From assembly GCA_964631865.1 (NCBI GenBank), contig CAZWAK010000010.1, positions 10,949 through 74,948 on the forward strand: a DNA stretch of 64,000 nucleotides, in the 5' to 3' direction. The stretch comes from an uncultured Heliobacteriaceae bacterium. GTDB taxonomy: Bacteria; Acidobacteriota; Blastocatellia; RBC074. Shown piece by piece: positions 48,822 through 57,576 of this stretch (position 1 is the stretch's first letter; every line of letters starts with the position of its first letter). The position numbers and the translations under genes were made by a program. Under the pieces are notes generated by a model. It was given only the letters and a program-made list of their open reading frames with translations. It ran no database searches and was not told the origin of the DNA.

Positions 48822-49219
48822 ATAAGGTCTTTGCCGACACTTATTATTATTTGGCATTGCTCGTTGAGAATGACGCAATGCATGAGTTGGCAATAGAACT
48901 GACCAGCCAATTACAAGGCCAGATTGTTACAACCGGATGGGTCTTATTGGAGTTTGCCAATGCCGTCAGCAAATCACGACACCGCCATTATTTCCCCAGC
49001 CTTTTGGATGACCTCAAGCAAAATCCGCAGATAACGATCCTCCCGGCAGATGAAGCATCATTCGAGGATGGGACAGCACTCTATCGCAACCGTCCTGACA
49101 AGGATTGGTCTTTAACGGATTGCATCTCGTTTCTGGTGATGGAACGCGAAGGCGTCACCGAAGCCTTGACCGGGGATCATCATTTTGAGCAGGCTGGCTT
49201 TACGATTCTCTTCAAATAA
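48818..49219 (+). CDS. vapC: PIN-domain toxin VapC
   Basis: VFADTYYYLAL, SLTDCISFLVM, TGDHHFEQAGF. Confidence 0.8.
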   Translation: MNKVFADTYYYLALLVENDAMHELAIELTSQLQGQIVTTGWVLLEFANAVSKSRHRHYFPSLLDDLKQNPQITILPADEASFEDGTALYRNRPDKDWSLTDCISFLVMEREGVTEALTGDHHFEQAGFTILFK

Positions 49220-49381
49220 TGGGTTTCTCTCTCGGCTTCCCTGATGAAAGTTCTTACAGCGGTTTTCAGATGCATGCGCCCGCTAACTTGTTTTCACTGC
49301 AGAGGCGCAGATGCCGCACAGAGATGCACAGAGAAGAAAGAGCGAAAAGAACATTTCCTTCCGCCTCTCTCTGCGTGACCT

Positions 49382-50233
49382 TTGCGGCATCTCTGCGTCT
49401 CTGCGGTGAAAAAGCAGTCGCACGCAGCGGAAGATTATCCCGAACAATTTGCGCGTTGGTTGTTTGATGTGCGCGGGCCCGTCAAAGTCGAAAAGACCGA
49501 ATTGAGCCGCGAACCCGTGCGTGCTGATGCCGTGATCTTTTCGAGCGACAACGACGAGACTTTGCACAGCGAATTTCAGACGACGCTGAAGAGCGATGTG
49601 CCGTTGCCGTTGCGCTTTCTGGATTATTACGTCGGGTTGAAACGCAAGAACCCCGCGCGGCGTGTGCGGCAGGTGTTGGTGCTTTTGAAACCGACGGAGG
49701 AGGAAATTCCCGATCATTACGAAGATGAGCGGACGTGGCACGGCTATGAGGTGGTGAAAATGTGGGAACAAGACCCGGCAGTATTCTTGCAACACGAAGG
49801 ATTGTTACCGTTGGCGACGTTATGCCGGACGGAATCGGGCGAGCAACTGCTGCGCGAGGTCGCGGTGGAAATTGAAAAGATTCCCGTGCGAGAACGGCGG
49901 GCGGAAGCGTTGAATGGAGCGCGCATGTTGGCGGGCTTGCGCTATAATCGGAAATTGATTAGCAGCATTTTGAAGGAGAGCGATATGTTGGAAGAATCCG
50001 TAATTTATCAAGACATTTTGCGTAAGGGCGAGCGGAAAGGTTTGCGACAAGGCGAGAGCAAGTTTGCCTTGCTTGTGCTCGAAGAACGGTTCGGCAAGCT
50101 GGCCCCGAAACTTCGCAAGCAGATTGAGCATTTGCCTGCGCCCCAACTGGAAGCGCTCGGCAAGGCGTTGGTGTATTTCAAGGAACCTGAAGAATTGACC
50201 GCCTGGCTCCAAAAGAATACGGTAGTCAATTGA
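49382..50233 (+). CDS. Rpn/YhgA-like PD-(D/E)XK nuclease family putative transposase with C-terminal DUF4351-like region (N-terminus replaced relative to fragment at 48269)
   Basis: EDYPEQFARWLFDVRGP...ADAVIFS...PLRFLDYY...LVLLKP conserved Rpn core; C-terminal QDILRKGERKGLRQGE repeat typical of DUF4351. Confidence 0.55.
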   Translation: MRHLCVSAVKKQSHAAEDYPEQFARWLFDVRGPVKVEKTELSREPVRADAVIFSSDNDETLHSEFQTTLKSDVPLPLRFLDYYVGLKRKNPARRVRQVLVLLKPTEEEIPDHYEDERTWHGYEVVKMWEQDPAVFLQHEGLLPLATLCRTESGEQLLREVAVEIEKIPVRERRAEALNGARMLAGLRYNRKLISSILKESDMLEESVIYQDILRKGERKGLRQGESKFALLVLEERFGKLAPKLRKQIEHLPAPQLEALGKALVYFKEPEELTAWLQKNTVVN

Positions 50234-50658
50234 CACGTTCAACAGGCGATCAAGTCGTGTTGCAGGCTGGGGAGTTGAGGCGTGGCGGCGAAGTGTTTGT
50301 GTTGGATATGGGCGAACCGGTCAAGATTGTAGACATTGCGCGCGATCTGATTACGTTGTCGGGCTTGGAAATTGGGAAGGACATTGACATCGCCTTCACG
50401 GGGATTCGACCGGGCGAAAAACTCTTCGAGGAAATCTTTACGCCCAACGAAGAGTACGAACGCACGCGCCACGAAAAGATTTTTATTGCCAGCAATGCCA
50501 GCACGCTCGTGCCAGCCAATTTAAATTCAGCCATTCAAGACTTCACCGAAGCCGTCCAAATAGATGACGCTGACGCCATCATTGCGCATCTGCAACGCTT
50601 GATCCCGGAATTTCAACGAACGAAAGTGGAATTGGCGGCGGTGAATTCGGCGTCGTAA
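50230..50658 (+). pseudogene. duplicated 3' fragment (last ~140 codons) of the WbpM/PglF dehydratase gene
   Basis: QAGELRRGGEVFVLDMGEPVKIVDIARDLITLSGLEIGKDIDIAFTGIRPGEKLFEEIFTPNEEYERTRHEKIFIASNAS... ~95% identical to 47640..48073. Confidence 0.75.
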
Positions 50659-50666
50659 TTCTTTTA

Positions 50667-50930
50667 GCCACGAATTCCACGAATTATCACGAATGGATTT
50701 GGGGCTGGAAAGAGTAATCTAACAGCCAAAACCTGCAATCCAAAATTGAGAGAATTCGTGAACATTCGTGGAATTCGTGGCAACATTGAAACGAATTATC
50801 ACGAATGGATTTGGGGCTGGAAAGAGTAATCTAACAGCCAAAACCTGCAATCCAAAATTGAGAGAATTCGTGATAATTCGTGGAATTCGTGGCAACATTG
50901 AAACGAATTATCACGAATGGATTTGGGGTT
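50667..50930. repeat. 2.3 tandem copies of a 112-bp MITE-like unit
   Basis: unit acgaattatcacgaatggatttggggctggaaagagtaatctaacagccaaaacctgcaatccaaaattgagagaattcgtgaNcattcgtggaattcgtggcaacattgaa repeated. Confidence 0.85.
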
Positions 50931-51042
50931 GCGAGCCATCCTCCAAAATCTACAAATCTGCTTTCGTTTGAGCCTGCCTTAGCCTCCTTCGGTTTTGCTT
51001 CTGATGGCCGGTTGGACAAGCTCGTTTTGATTCGGTATTGTC

Positions 51043-52653
51043 TTGCTGAACTTGCAGCAGGAGCAGCCGATGAAAGAGCGATTCTTCAATACCGCCGGGC
51101 CGTGCAAACCAGACCTTCATTACCTCATTCCACCGCTGGAGCGCATGAACCAGGACGAAGTCTTGGTGATGCTGGCGCAGCAAAAGTATTTCATCCTCTA
51201 TGCCCCACGCCAGACGGGGAAAACGTCTTGTTTATTGGCTTTGCGCGATGAACTCAATCGGCGGGGCGAATATGCCTGCGTTTACGCCAACGTCGAAATG
51301 GCCCAATCCGCGCGCGAAAATGTGGGCGAAGCGATGCGCGCCATTTTAGGCGAAATCGCCAGCCGTGCGCGCGCCACCCTCGGCGATACCTTCCCGAAAG
51401 AAAACTTCATTCGTATCAGCGAGCAAAATCCAGCGCATTTGGCCTTGAATACATTGTTGGCCGAATGGGCGGAACATTCCGCGAAACCGCTGGTCTTGTT
51501 GTTGGACGAAGTGGACGCGCTGATTGGCGATACATTGATTTCGCTGTTGCGGCAATTGCGCGGCGGTTATGATCGTCGCCCGCAGCAATTTCCCAGCAGC
51601 ATTATTTTGTGCGGTGTGCGCGACGTGCGCGATTACCGCATTCATTCGTCCGCGACCAAAGAAGTCGTGACCGGCGGCAGCGCGTTCAATATCAAATCGA
51701 AATCGTTGCGACTGGGCAATTTTACGGCAGACGAAATTCATCGTTTGTATGAACTGCATACACAGGCAACGGGGCAGGTCTTTGCACCCGATGTGTTCCC
51801 GCTGGTGTGGGAATTGACTGAGGGGCAACCCTGGCTGGTGAATGCGTTGGCATACGAGGCCTGTTTTGAGATGAAGGAAAACCGGGATCGCACCAAGCCG
51901 ATTACCGTTGAGGTGATGCAAGAGGCGAAAGAGCGGTTGATTCTGCGCCGCGATACGCATCTCGATCAATTGGCCGATAAGTTGCAGGAAGAGCGCGTGC
52001 GCCGCGTGATTGCGCCGTTGCTGGCGGGGGAAGACGAAAGCCAACAAATTCCCGAACCCGATGTGATGTATGTGCGCGATTTGGGACTGGTGACGACTGA
52101 GGGACAACTGCGCATTGCCAATCGCATTTATCAGGAAGTCATCCCGCGCGAATTGACCTTCAGCGCGCAATTGACGATCAATCAACAACCGGAATGGTAC
52201 ATCACATCGGAAGGCAAAATTGATGTGCCGAAGTTGTTGGCGGCCTTCCAACAATTCTTCCGCGAACATTCCGAACATTGGGTCGAACGATTTGAGTACA
52301 AAGAAGCCGGACCGCAATTGCTCCTCCAAGCGTTCCTGCAACGCATCGTGAACGGCGGTGGGCGCATTGAACGCGAATATGGATTGGGGCGCAAACGAAC
52401 GGATTTGTTGTTGCTGTGGCCGTATGTGAGCGGTGTGCAGCGCGCGGTGATCGAATTGAAAATCTTGCGACAACAACCCGAAGAAACCATTGCCAAAGGC
52501 TTGGAACAAACCTGGGGCTATGCGGATCGTTGCGGCGCGGACGAAGCGCATTTTGTGCTCTTCGATATTGCTTCGGGGCGTTCGTGGGAAGAGCGCATTT
52601 ATCATCGCACCGCCACCTATCAAGGGCGGACAATTGAGGTTTGGGGAATGTGA
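51043..52653 (+). CDS. AAA_35-type P-loop ATPase with C-terminal PD-(D/E)XK nuclease-like domain (function unknown; accessory/defence-island protein)
   Basis: Walker A YAPRQTGKTSCLLAL, Walker B LVLLLDEVDAL; C-terminus GRKRTDLLLLWPYVSGVQRAVIELKIL fits D..(D/E)xK. Confidence 0.6.
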   Translation: MLNLQQEQPMKERFFNTAGPCKPDLHYLIPPLERMNQDEVLVMLAQQKYFILYAPRQTGKTSCLLALRDELNRRGEYACVYANVEMAQSARENVGEAMRAILGEIASRARATLGDTFPKENFIRISEQNPAHLALNTLLAEWAEHSAKPLVLLLDEVDALIGDTLISLLRQLRGGYDRRPQQFPSSIILCGVRDVRDYRIHSSATKEVVTGGSAFNIKSKSLRLGNFTADEIHRLYELHTQATGQVFAPDVFPLVWELTEGQPWLVNALAYEACFEMKENRDRTKPITVEVMQEAKERLILRRDTHLDQLADKLQEERVRRVIAPLLAGEDESQQIPEPDVMYVRDLGLVTTEGQLRIANRIYQEVIPRELTFSAQLTINQQPEWYITSEGKIDVPKLLAAFQQFFREHSEHWVERFEYKEAGPQLLLQAFLQRIVNGGGRIEREYGLGRKRTDLLLLWPYVSGVQRAVIELKILRQQPEETIAKGLEQTWGYADRCGADEAHFVLFDIASGRSWEERIYHRTATYQGRTIEVWGM

Positions 52654-52660
52654 GAATGTA

Positions 52661-52775
52661 GCCACGAATTCCACGAATTTTCACGAATTCTCTCGAGTTA
52701 GGACTTCAGGTTTTGGGTTTTGGATTATGGCTTCCAACCCAAAGTGAATTCGTGAAAATTCGTGAAATTCGTGGC
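52661..52775. repeat. MITE-like element overlapping the annotated start of the next ORF
   Basis: GCCACGAATTCCACGAATTTTCACGAAT ... ATTCGTGAAAATTCGTGAAATTCGTGGC. Confidence 0.85.
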
Positions 52776-52782
52776 AAAATCT

Positions 52783-53886
52783 ATGGTCAAAACAAATGTT
52801 GTCATAATCGGCGGAGGCGTCGTTGGCTTAGCGGCGGCAGCGGAAATCTCGCGGCACTACGACGATGTCTTTGTGCTCGAAGCTGCGCCGCGTCTGGGGC
52901 TGGGGGCTTCGACGCGCAATAGCGGCGTGATTCACGCTGGACTGTATTACGCGCCCGGTTCGCTGAAGGCGATTCATTGTGTGCGGGGCGCGCGGATGCT
53001 CTACGAGTTTTGCGCCGAGCATCGTGTGCCGTACAACCGCATCGGCAAATTTGTCGTGGCCGATGCGCGCGAGCAATTCGACGCGCTGGCCGCGATCAAA
53101 GCGCGCGGCGATCAAAACGGCGTCGAAGGATTGGAGATTGTCGGGCGTGAATTTATTCGCCGGCACGAACCGAATGTTACGTCGCCGCTCGCGTTGTATT
53201 CGCCAAACACAGGCATCCTGGACGCCGAGGAATTGGTGCGCGCGCTGGCTCGCATTGCACAGGACAACGGCGCGCATCTGGTGACCGACACGCGGCTGGT
53301 GGGAGCCGACGTGCGCGATGGACAAGCGTTTCTCAAAACGTCGCACGACGAAGAAGTCGCGGCGCGCGTCGTCGTGAATGCTGCCGGGTTATATTCCGAT
53401 GAAGTCGCGCGGATGTTTGGTTATGACGAGCATCAGATTTATGCCTGTCGCGGCGAGTATGCCGAATTGGTGCCGAAGTTGAGTGGCATCGTGAATGGCT
53501 TGGTGTATCCGTTGCCGCCTGCGAGCGGACATGGTCTCGGCGTGCATTTCACGAAGAATATGGCGGGGCGCGTGTTGCTGGGGCCGAACGCGCGCTATGT
53601 CGAAGACAAAGAAGATTACGAATCGAACCCGACGCCGCTGCGCGAATTTTATGAATCGGCGCGGATGATTGTCCCTTCGTTGCAATTTGACGATTTGCGA
53701 CCGAGTTATTCCGGGTTGCGCTCGCGCTTGCGTCCCGCGCACGATTCGTCGTTTGCCGATTTCGTGTTGCGCCACGATCCGAACCATCCCGCAGTGATTC
53801 ACGCCATCGGCATCGAGTCGCCCGGCTTGACGAGTTCGCTCTCGTTGGGGCAGGCGATTTCGGGCATGATCAAAGAATTGTTTTAG
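52783..53886 (+). CDS. FAD-dependent oxidoreductase, L-2-hydroxyglutarate oxidase/dehydrogenase (LhgO)-like
   Basis: [21 protein letters not shown] dinucleotide fold, [10 protein letters not shown]; start moved from 52762 (inside repeat) to ATG 52783; stop TAG directly abuts next repeat. Confidence 0.7.
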   Translation: MVKTNVVIIGGGVVGLAAAAEISRHYDDVFVLEAAPRLGLGASTRNSGVIHAGLYYAPGSLKAIHCVRGARMLYEFCAEHRVPYNRIGKFVVADAREQFDALAAIKARGDQNGVEGLEIVGREFIRRHEPNVTSPLALYSPNTGILDAEELVRALARIAQDNGAHLVTDTRLVGADVRDGQAFLKTSHDEEVAARVVVNAAGLYSDEVARMFGYDEHQIYACRGEYAELVPKLSGIVNGLVYPLPPASGHGLGVHFTKNMAGRVLLGPNARYVEDKEDYESNPTPLREFYESARMIVPSLQFDDLRPSYSGLRSRLRPAHDSSFADFVLRHDPNHPAVIHAIGIESPGLTSSLSLGQAISGMIKELF

Positions 53887-54169
53887 CCACGAATTTCACG
53901 AATTTTCACGAATTCTCTTGGGTTTATGGAGTGCCGACGGGCTTTGCAACAATTCTCAATTTGAAAAAAGCGGGTCTCTCCGCGAGCCTCAACGGCGCGC
54001 ATTGTTCCTTCTTCCTTCTTCCTTGTTGCCAGAGGGTTTCCCCGACCAACAATGAAGAAGGAAGAAGGAAGAATGTTGCTGCCACAGTTCCAACTTGAGA
54101 ATTGCTGGGGGCTTTGGCTGTTGGTTTCCACTCCAAAGTAAATTCGTGAAAATTCGTGGAATTCGTGGC
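53886..54169. repeat. long MITE-like element (~284 bp) containing an internal heptamer-based hairpin (TTCCTTC)x2.5 ... (GAAGGAA)x2.5 at 54003-54077
   Basis: TIRs GCCACGAATTTCACGAATTTTCACGAAT and ATTCGTGAAAATTCGTGGAATTCGTGGC; internal inverted repeat read directly. Confidence 0.85.
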
Positions 54170-54185
54170 CAACACTCCCTCCCTT

Positions 54186-56366
54186 CTACCTGACCGAAAA
54201 GTCCATCCATTGATCGGCGCGCGCGTATTTTGGTTTCGCCAGCGGATCGGTCACGATCAAGTGAAACAAATAATCGCCGGGCGGCAGGCCATTCAGACTC
54301 AACTGTCCCGCGCACACCAACCGCTTGGGATCGGTTTGTCCGGTTAATTCCACCGGGCGCGGCTGACTCTGATAAATCGCTTTGCCGTCTTTGTACACTT
54401 CGACCTGAATCGTCAACTGCGATTGTTGTGTTTGCTTGTTGAGCTGCGGATTGTAGGCGATGGTGTAGTATTCAAAGGCTCCGGTGCGCGCAAACCGTCG
54501 CACCGCTGGCGTGGGCTGCGTTTCATCATTGACCGGTGGTTGGGCAGGCGGTTGGGCCGATGATTCGGCGGAGGGAACCAAGCGTCCGGTCAACGTTAAG
54601 CCCGACAACGCCAAACGATTTTTCTTCAAATCCGGCACATTGATGAATTGTCCCGCCGCGCCAAGCTTTTCTGCCGGCGCATCGCGCAAGACGATTTTGA
54701 ATTGATACGCGCCCGGTTTCAGAATCGGCGTGTCGTGCTGATAAACCAGACCCTGTTTCAGCACGCGCTTGTACTCGGCTTCGTTGAAACGCAGGCCAAA
54801 CGCGCGCCCGTAATTTTCCACGGTTTTGCCGTTTTCGTCGAACGTGAATGTGACGATTTCCAGCTTCGCCGTTTTCTCGCCATTCTCGGCGTCGCTGAAC
54901 GTCAGCTTCGACGAATCAATGTGCAACAGCGAACGCACGAACGAGCCGCCTTTCTCCGAGTTAAAGAAAAACGAGGTCATCTGCATCGTCAAATCACGCG
55001 CGCCGAAGGGCGAATACAGCGCGTGCAGAATTTGTTGTTCGCGCGTCTTCGGCACTTCGCGCGCCAGCGTTTCCGGCACGCCGTAGTAGCCGGAGCGCGT
55101 GCGCACCTGCAAGCCGGGGCGTTTCAGTTTGACTTTGATGGCGTGATATTTGTTGCGGTACTTCACGTCGAAATGTTCATCGTCGGGATCGAAGCCCAAT
55201 AAATAATAGCTCTCGTTGTCCTTCATCACGCGCGTCACGCCGAGGTTGATGTCATTGTTGTTCAGCACTGCAAAGCCGCCCGTTTCGCGCGCGAGCGCGA
55301 CCAGGCCGTCTTGCGTGTCGAACATCTGCTGCGAGGCATTACTCATTTGTTGTGTCATTTGCTGCGGCGTCATTCCGTTCATATTGGCCGCAGCATCGGG
55401 CGTGAGCGGCAACAAGCCGCGCGTGTCAATCGTGTAAATCACGACGCTCGAACGATTCGCCAAATCCGTCAAACGGCGCAGACTTTCGAGCGCCTGCGGG
55501 TTGTCGCGGTCGCGCCCAAACAGTCGAAAACCGTCGGACAACAGAATCACCATTTTGCGCCCCGGTAATTCGCGCAAGCCGCGCACGACGAAATTCACTG
55601 CGCCGAGCGTGCCGACGGTGAAAACCGTTTCGCGGAAATCTTCGGTGCGCTCGTAGGAATCCTGTCGTTGTGCGAACTGGTCGTCGGATTCGCCCTGGCC
55701 TTGTTGTGGCTGTCCGAACTGCACGCCAAAGCGCGGAATCATATCGCGGCCAAACGGATTCCACGTGAGCTTCTCAATCGCCGTTGTCAGCACGCGCCGA
55801 TCTGCGGTGAATTGTTGCATCGCGCCCATGCCCTTGCCGGTGCGAATGATGCCGACGAGGTCGCCGTCCTGCATTTGCCGGGCGACGAATTTCTTCAAGG
55901 CCTCGCGCGCAAAATGCATGCTCTCGAACGACATGCCCAAATCGTCTACCACGAATGCAACCGTGCGGCTGACCTGTTCGGGCGTGACCTGTTTGATCGC
56001 GGTCGTTGAGGGCGGCAGCGCGGGATTGTTCTTGTCTGCTTTTTTCGGCTCTTCAACAGGCGTCGGATTCGTGACTGTTCGGACGAGTTTGAAGTAGGAG
56101 AGTGGTTGTTTCTTGCCGTCCACGAACAACTCGAAATCATCTTCGGTCAAATCGTCCATGTGTGCGCCGTTCTTGCCTGTCACGACCGCATCAATTTGGA
56201 CAAGCTGCGTGTTGATGCGAAAGACGGTTTCTGGTTCCTGCTCCTCGGTTTTGGGCACAGGAATCGGTTTGCCTTTGTCCTGCGGCGGAACTGGAATTTG
56301 CGCGACGACTTGCGAAAACAAGAGCGCGACAGAGAGCGCAACGGAAAGAACTCGCTGAGACTGCAT
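54186..56366 (-). CDS. secreted von Willebrand factor A (VWA) domain protein
   Basis: Signal peptide MQSQRVLSVALSVALLFSQVVAQ; VWA/MIDAS region VAFVVDDLGMSF...; large beta-rich C-terminal region. Confidence 0.7.
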   Translation of the reverse strand: MQSQRVLSVALSVALLFSQVVAQIPVPPQDKGKPIPVPKTEEQEPETVFRINTQLVQIDAVVTGKNGAHMDDLTEDDFELFVDGKKQPLSYFKLVRTVTNPTPVEEPKKADKNNPALPPSTTAIKQVTPEQVSRTVAFVVDDLGMSFESMHFAREALKKFVARQMQDGDLVGIIRTGKGMGAMQQFTADRRVLTTAIEKLTWNPFGRDMIPRFGVQFGQPQQGQGESDDQFAQRQDSYERTEDFRETVFTVGTLGAVNFVVRGLRELPGRKMVILLSDGFRLFGRDRDNPQALESLRRLTDLANRSSVVIYTIDTRGLLPLTPDAAANMNGMTPQQMTQQMSNASQQMFDTQDGLVALARETGGFAVLNNNDINLGVTRVMKDNESYYLLGFDPDDEHFDVKYRNKYHAIKVKLKRPGLQVRTRSGYYGVPETLAREVPKTREQQILHALYSPFGARDLTMQMTSFFFNSEKGGSFVRSLLHIDSSKLTFSDAENGEKTAKLEIVTFTFDENGKTVENYGRAFGLRFNEAEYKRVLKQGLVYQHDTPILKPGAYQFKIVLRDAPAEKLGAAGQFINVPDLKKNRLALSGLTLTGRLVPSAESSAQPPAQPPVNDETQPTPAVRRFARTGAFEYYTIAYNPQLNKQTQQSQLTIQVEVYKDGKAIYQSQPRPVELTGQTDPKRLVCAGQLSLNGLPPGDYLFHLIVTDPLAKPKYARADQWMDFSVR

Positions 56367-56481
56367 GGCTTTTCCCCTTTCAAATGAAGCAATCGTTGCA
56401 ACGAAATAGCTGATACGCGCCAGAGAATACTCCAAAGTTGGGCGGAGGAAAACAAAAACTTTACGAAAGCGCAGGACTGGC

Positions 56482-57456
56482 TTGAGCCGCGCGTTTTATG
56501 ATGACCTTGCTATGACAACGATTGAATTGGTTCGCGTGTGGTTGTTCCTGACAGTAGTTGGATTTGTGTTCGCGGTCGCAGGCATAACGTTGCTGCGGCG
56601 AGCCGCCGCGTGGTTGGCTAAGCGTCCGCCCAAACCGCTCTCGAAATTTCGCCGCGCAATGTTGATGTTCGCGGGGTTGGGCGTGCTGTGCATGAGCTAC
56701 GCGCATTGGATTGAGCCGTACTGGGTTGAAGTCACGCGCGTGAGCTTGGCGAGTCCGAAGCTGGCAACCGCCACGCGCCCGATTCGGCTCGCGCATATCT
56801 CCGATTTGCATTGTGATCCGGTCGAGCGCGTCGAAAATAAAATGCTCGCACTCATTGCGCAGGAAAAGCCGGATTTGATTGTGTTCACAGGCGACACGAT
56901 GAATCGCGCCGACAGCTTGCCCGTGCTCAAGCAAACGTTGACGCAACTCGCGAAACTCGCGCCGACGTTTGTAGTGAAAGGGAATTGGGACGTGTGGTAT
57001 TACCCGACGCTGGATTTGTTTGGCGGCACAGGCGTGAAAGAATTGAACAACGAAGCCGTCCAATTCGATGTCGCGGGCACAAGTCTGTGGTTGGTCGGAA
57101 TGCCTGTGGCAGAACAACCGAGGTTCGACAAAGCGTTTGCCGCTGTGCCGCCGAATGCATTCACGCTGATGCTTTATCACTATCCCGACGAAATCGAAAA
57201 CGCACAAAAACGCAACGTGGATTTGTATTGTGCCGGTCACACGCACGGCGGCCAAATCGCGTTGCCGTTCTATGGCGCGCTGATTACGTTCTCCAAATTT
57301 GACAAGAAATACGAAGCAGGCTTCTTTCACGAAAGCCCGACGTGGCTGTATGTGAATCGCGGAATGGGCTGCGAAGGCACGCCGCACTTTCGCTTTTTTG
57401 CGCGCCCGGAAGTGACGATGATTGAGATTTCTGCGGGAGTAGGCGGTAGGCGGTAG
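56482..57456 (+). CDS. membrane-anchored calcineurin-like metallophosphoesterase
   Basis: two N-terminal TM helices; MPP motifs HISDLHCD, GDTMNR, GNWD, GHTHGGQ. Confidence 0.85.
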   Translation: MSRAFYDDLAMTTIELVRVWLFLTVVGFVFAVAGITLLRRAAAWLAKRPPKPLSKFRRAMLMFAGLGVLCMSYAHWIEPYWVEVTRVSLASPKLATATRPIRLAHISDLHCDPVERVENKMLALIAQEKPDLIVFTGDTMNRADSLPVLKQTLTQLAKLAPTFVVKGNWDVWYYPTLDLFGGTGVKELNNEAVQFDVAGTSLWLVGMPVAEQPRFDKAFAAVPPNAFTLMLYHYPDEIENAQKRNVDLYCAGHTHGGQIALPFYGALITFSKFDKKYEAGFFHESPTWLYVNRGMGCEGTPHFRFFARPEVTMIEISAGVGGRR

Positions 57457-57567
57457 ACGGTAGACGGTAGTTTCTTGCCAACAGACTGCTGGCAGATTAC
57501 GCCTCAAGAGATACCGTAACGCCGATTAGAAAAGCTACCGACTGCTGTCTACCGTCTACCGTCTACT
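57439..57567. repeat. hairpin element with heptamer-repeat arms (GTAGGCG)2(GTAGACG)2 ... (CTACCGT)2-3 flanking ~78-bp loop, between convergent genes (likely bidirectional terminator)
   Basis: inverted heptamer arrays read directly at 57439-57470 and 57548-57567. Confidence 0.7.
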
Positions 57568-57576
57568 CGCCATAGC

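Noticed and set aside
51346-52674. 442-aa ORF antisense to AAA_35 gene
   Set aside because: Low-complexity Gln/Arg/Phe-rich translation; sense strand has Walker motifs
54648-56097. Several 85-184-aa ORFs on + strand within VWA gene region
   Set aside because: Antisense to a 727-aa ORF with signal peptide and VWA motif
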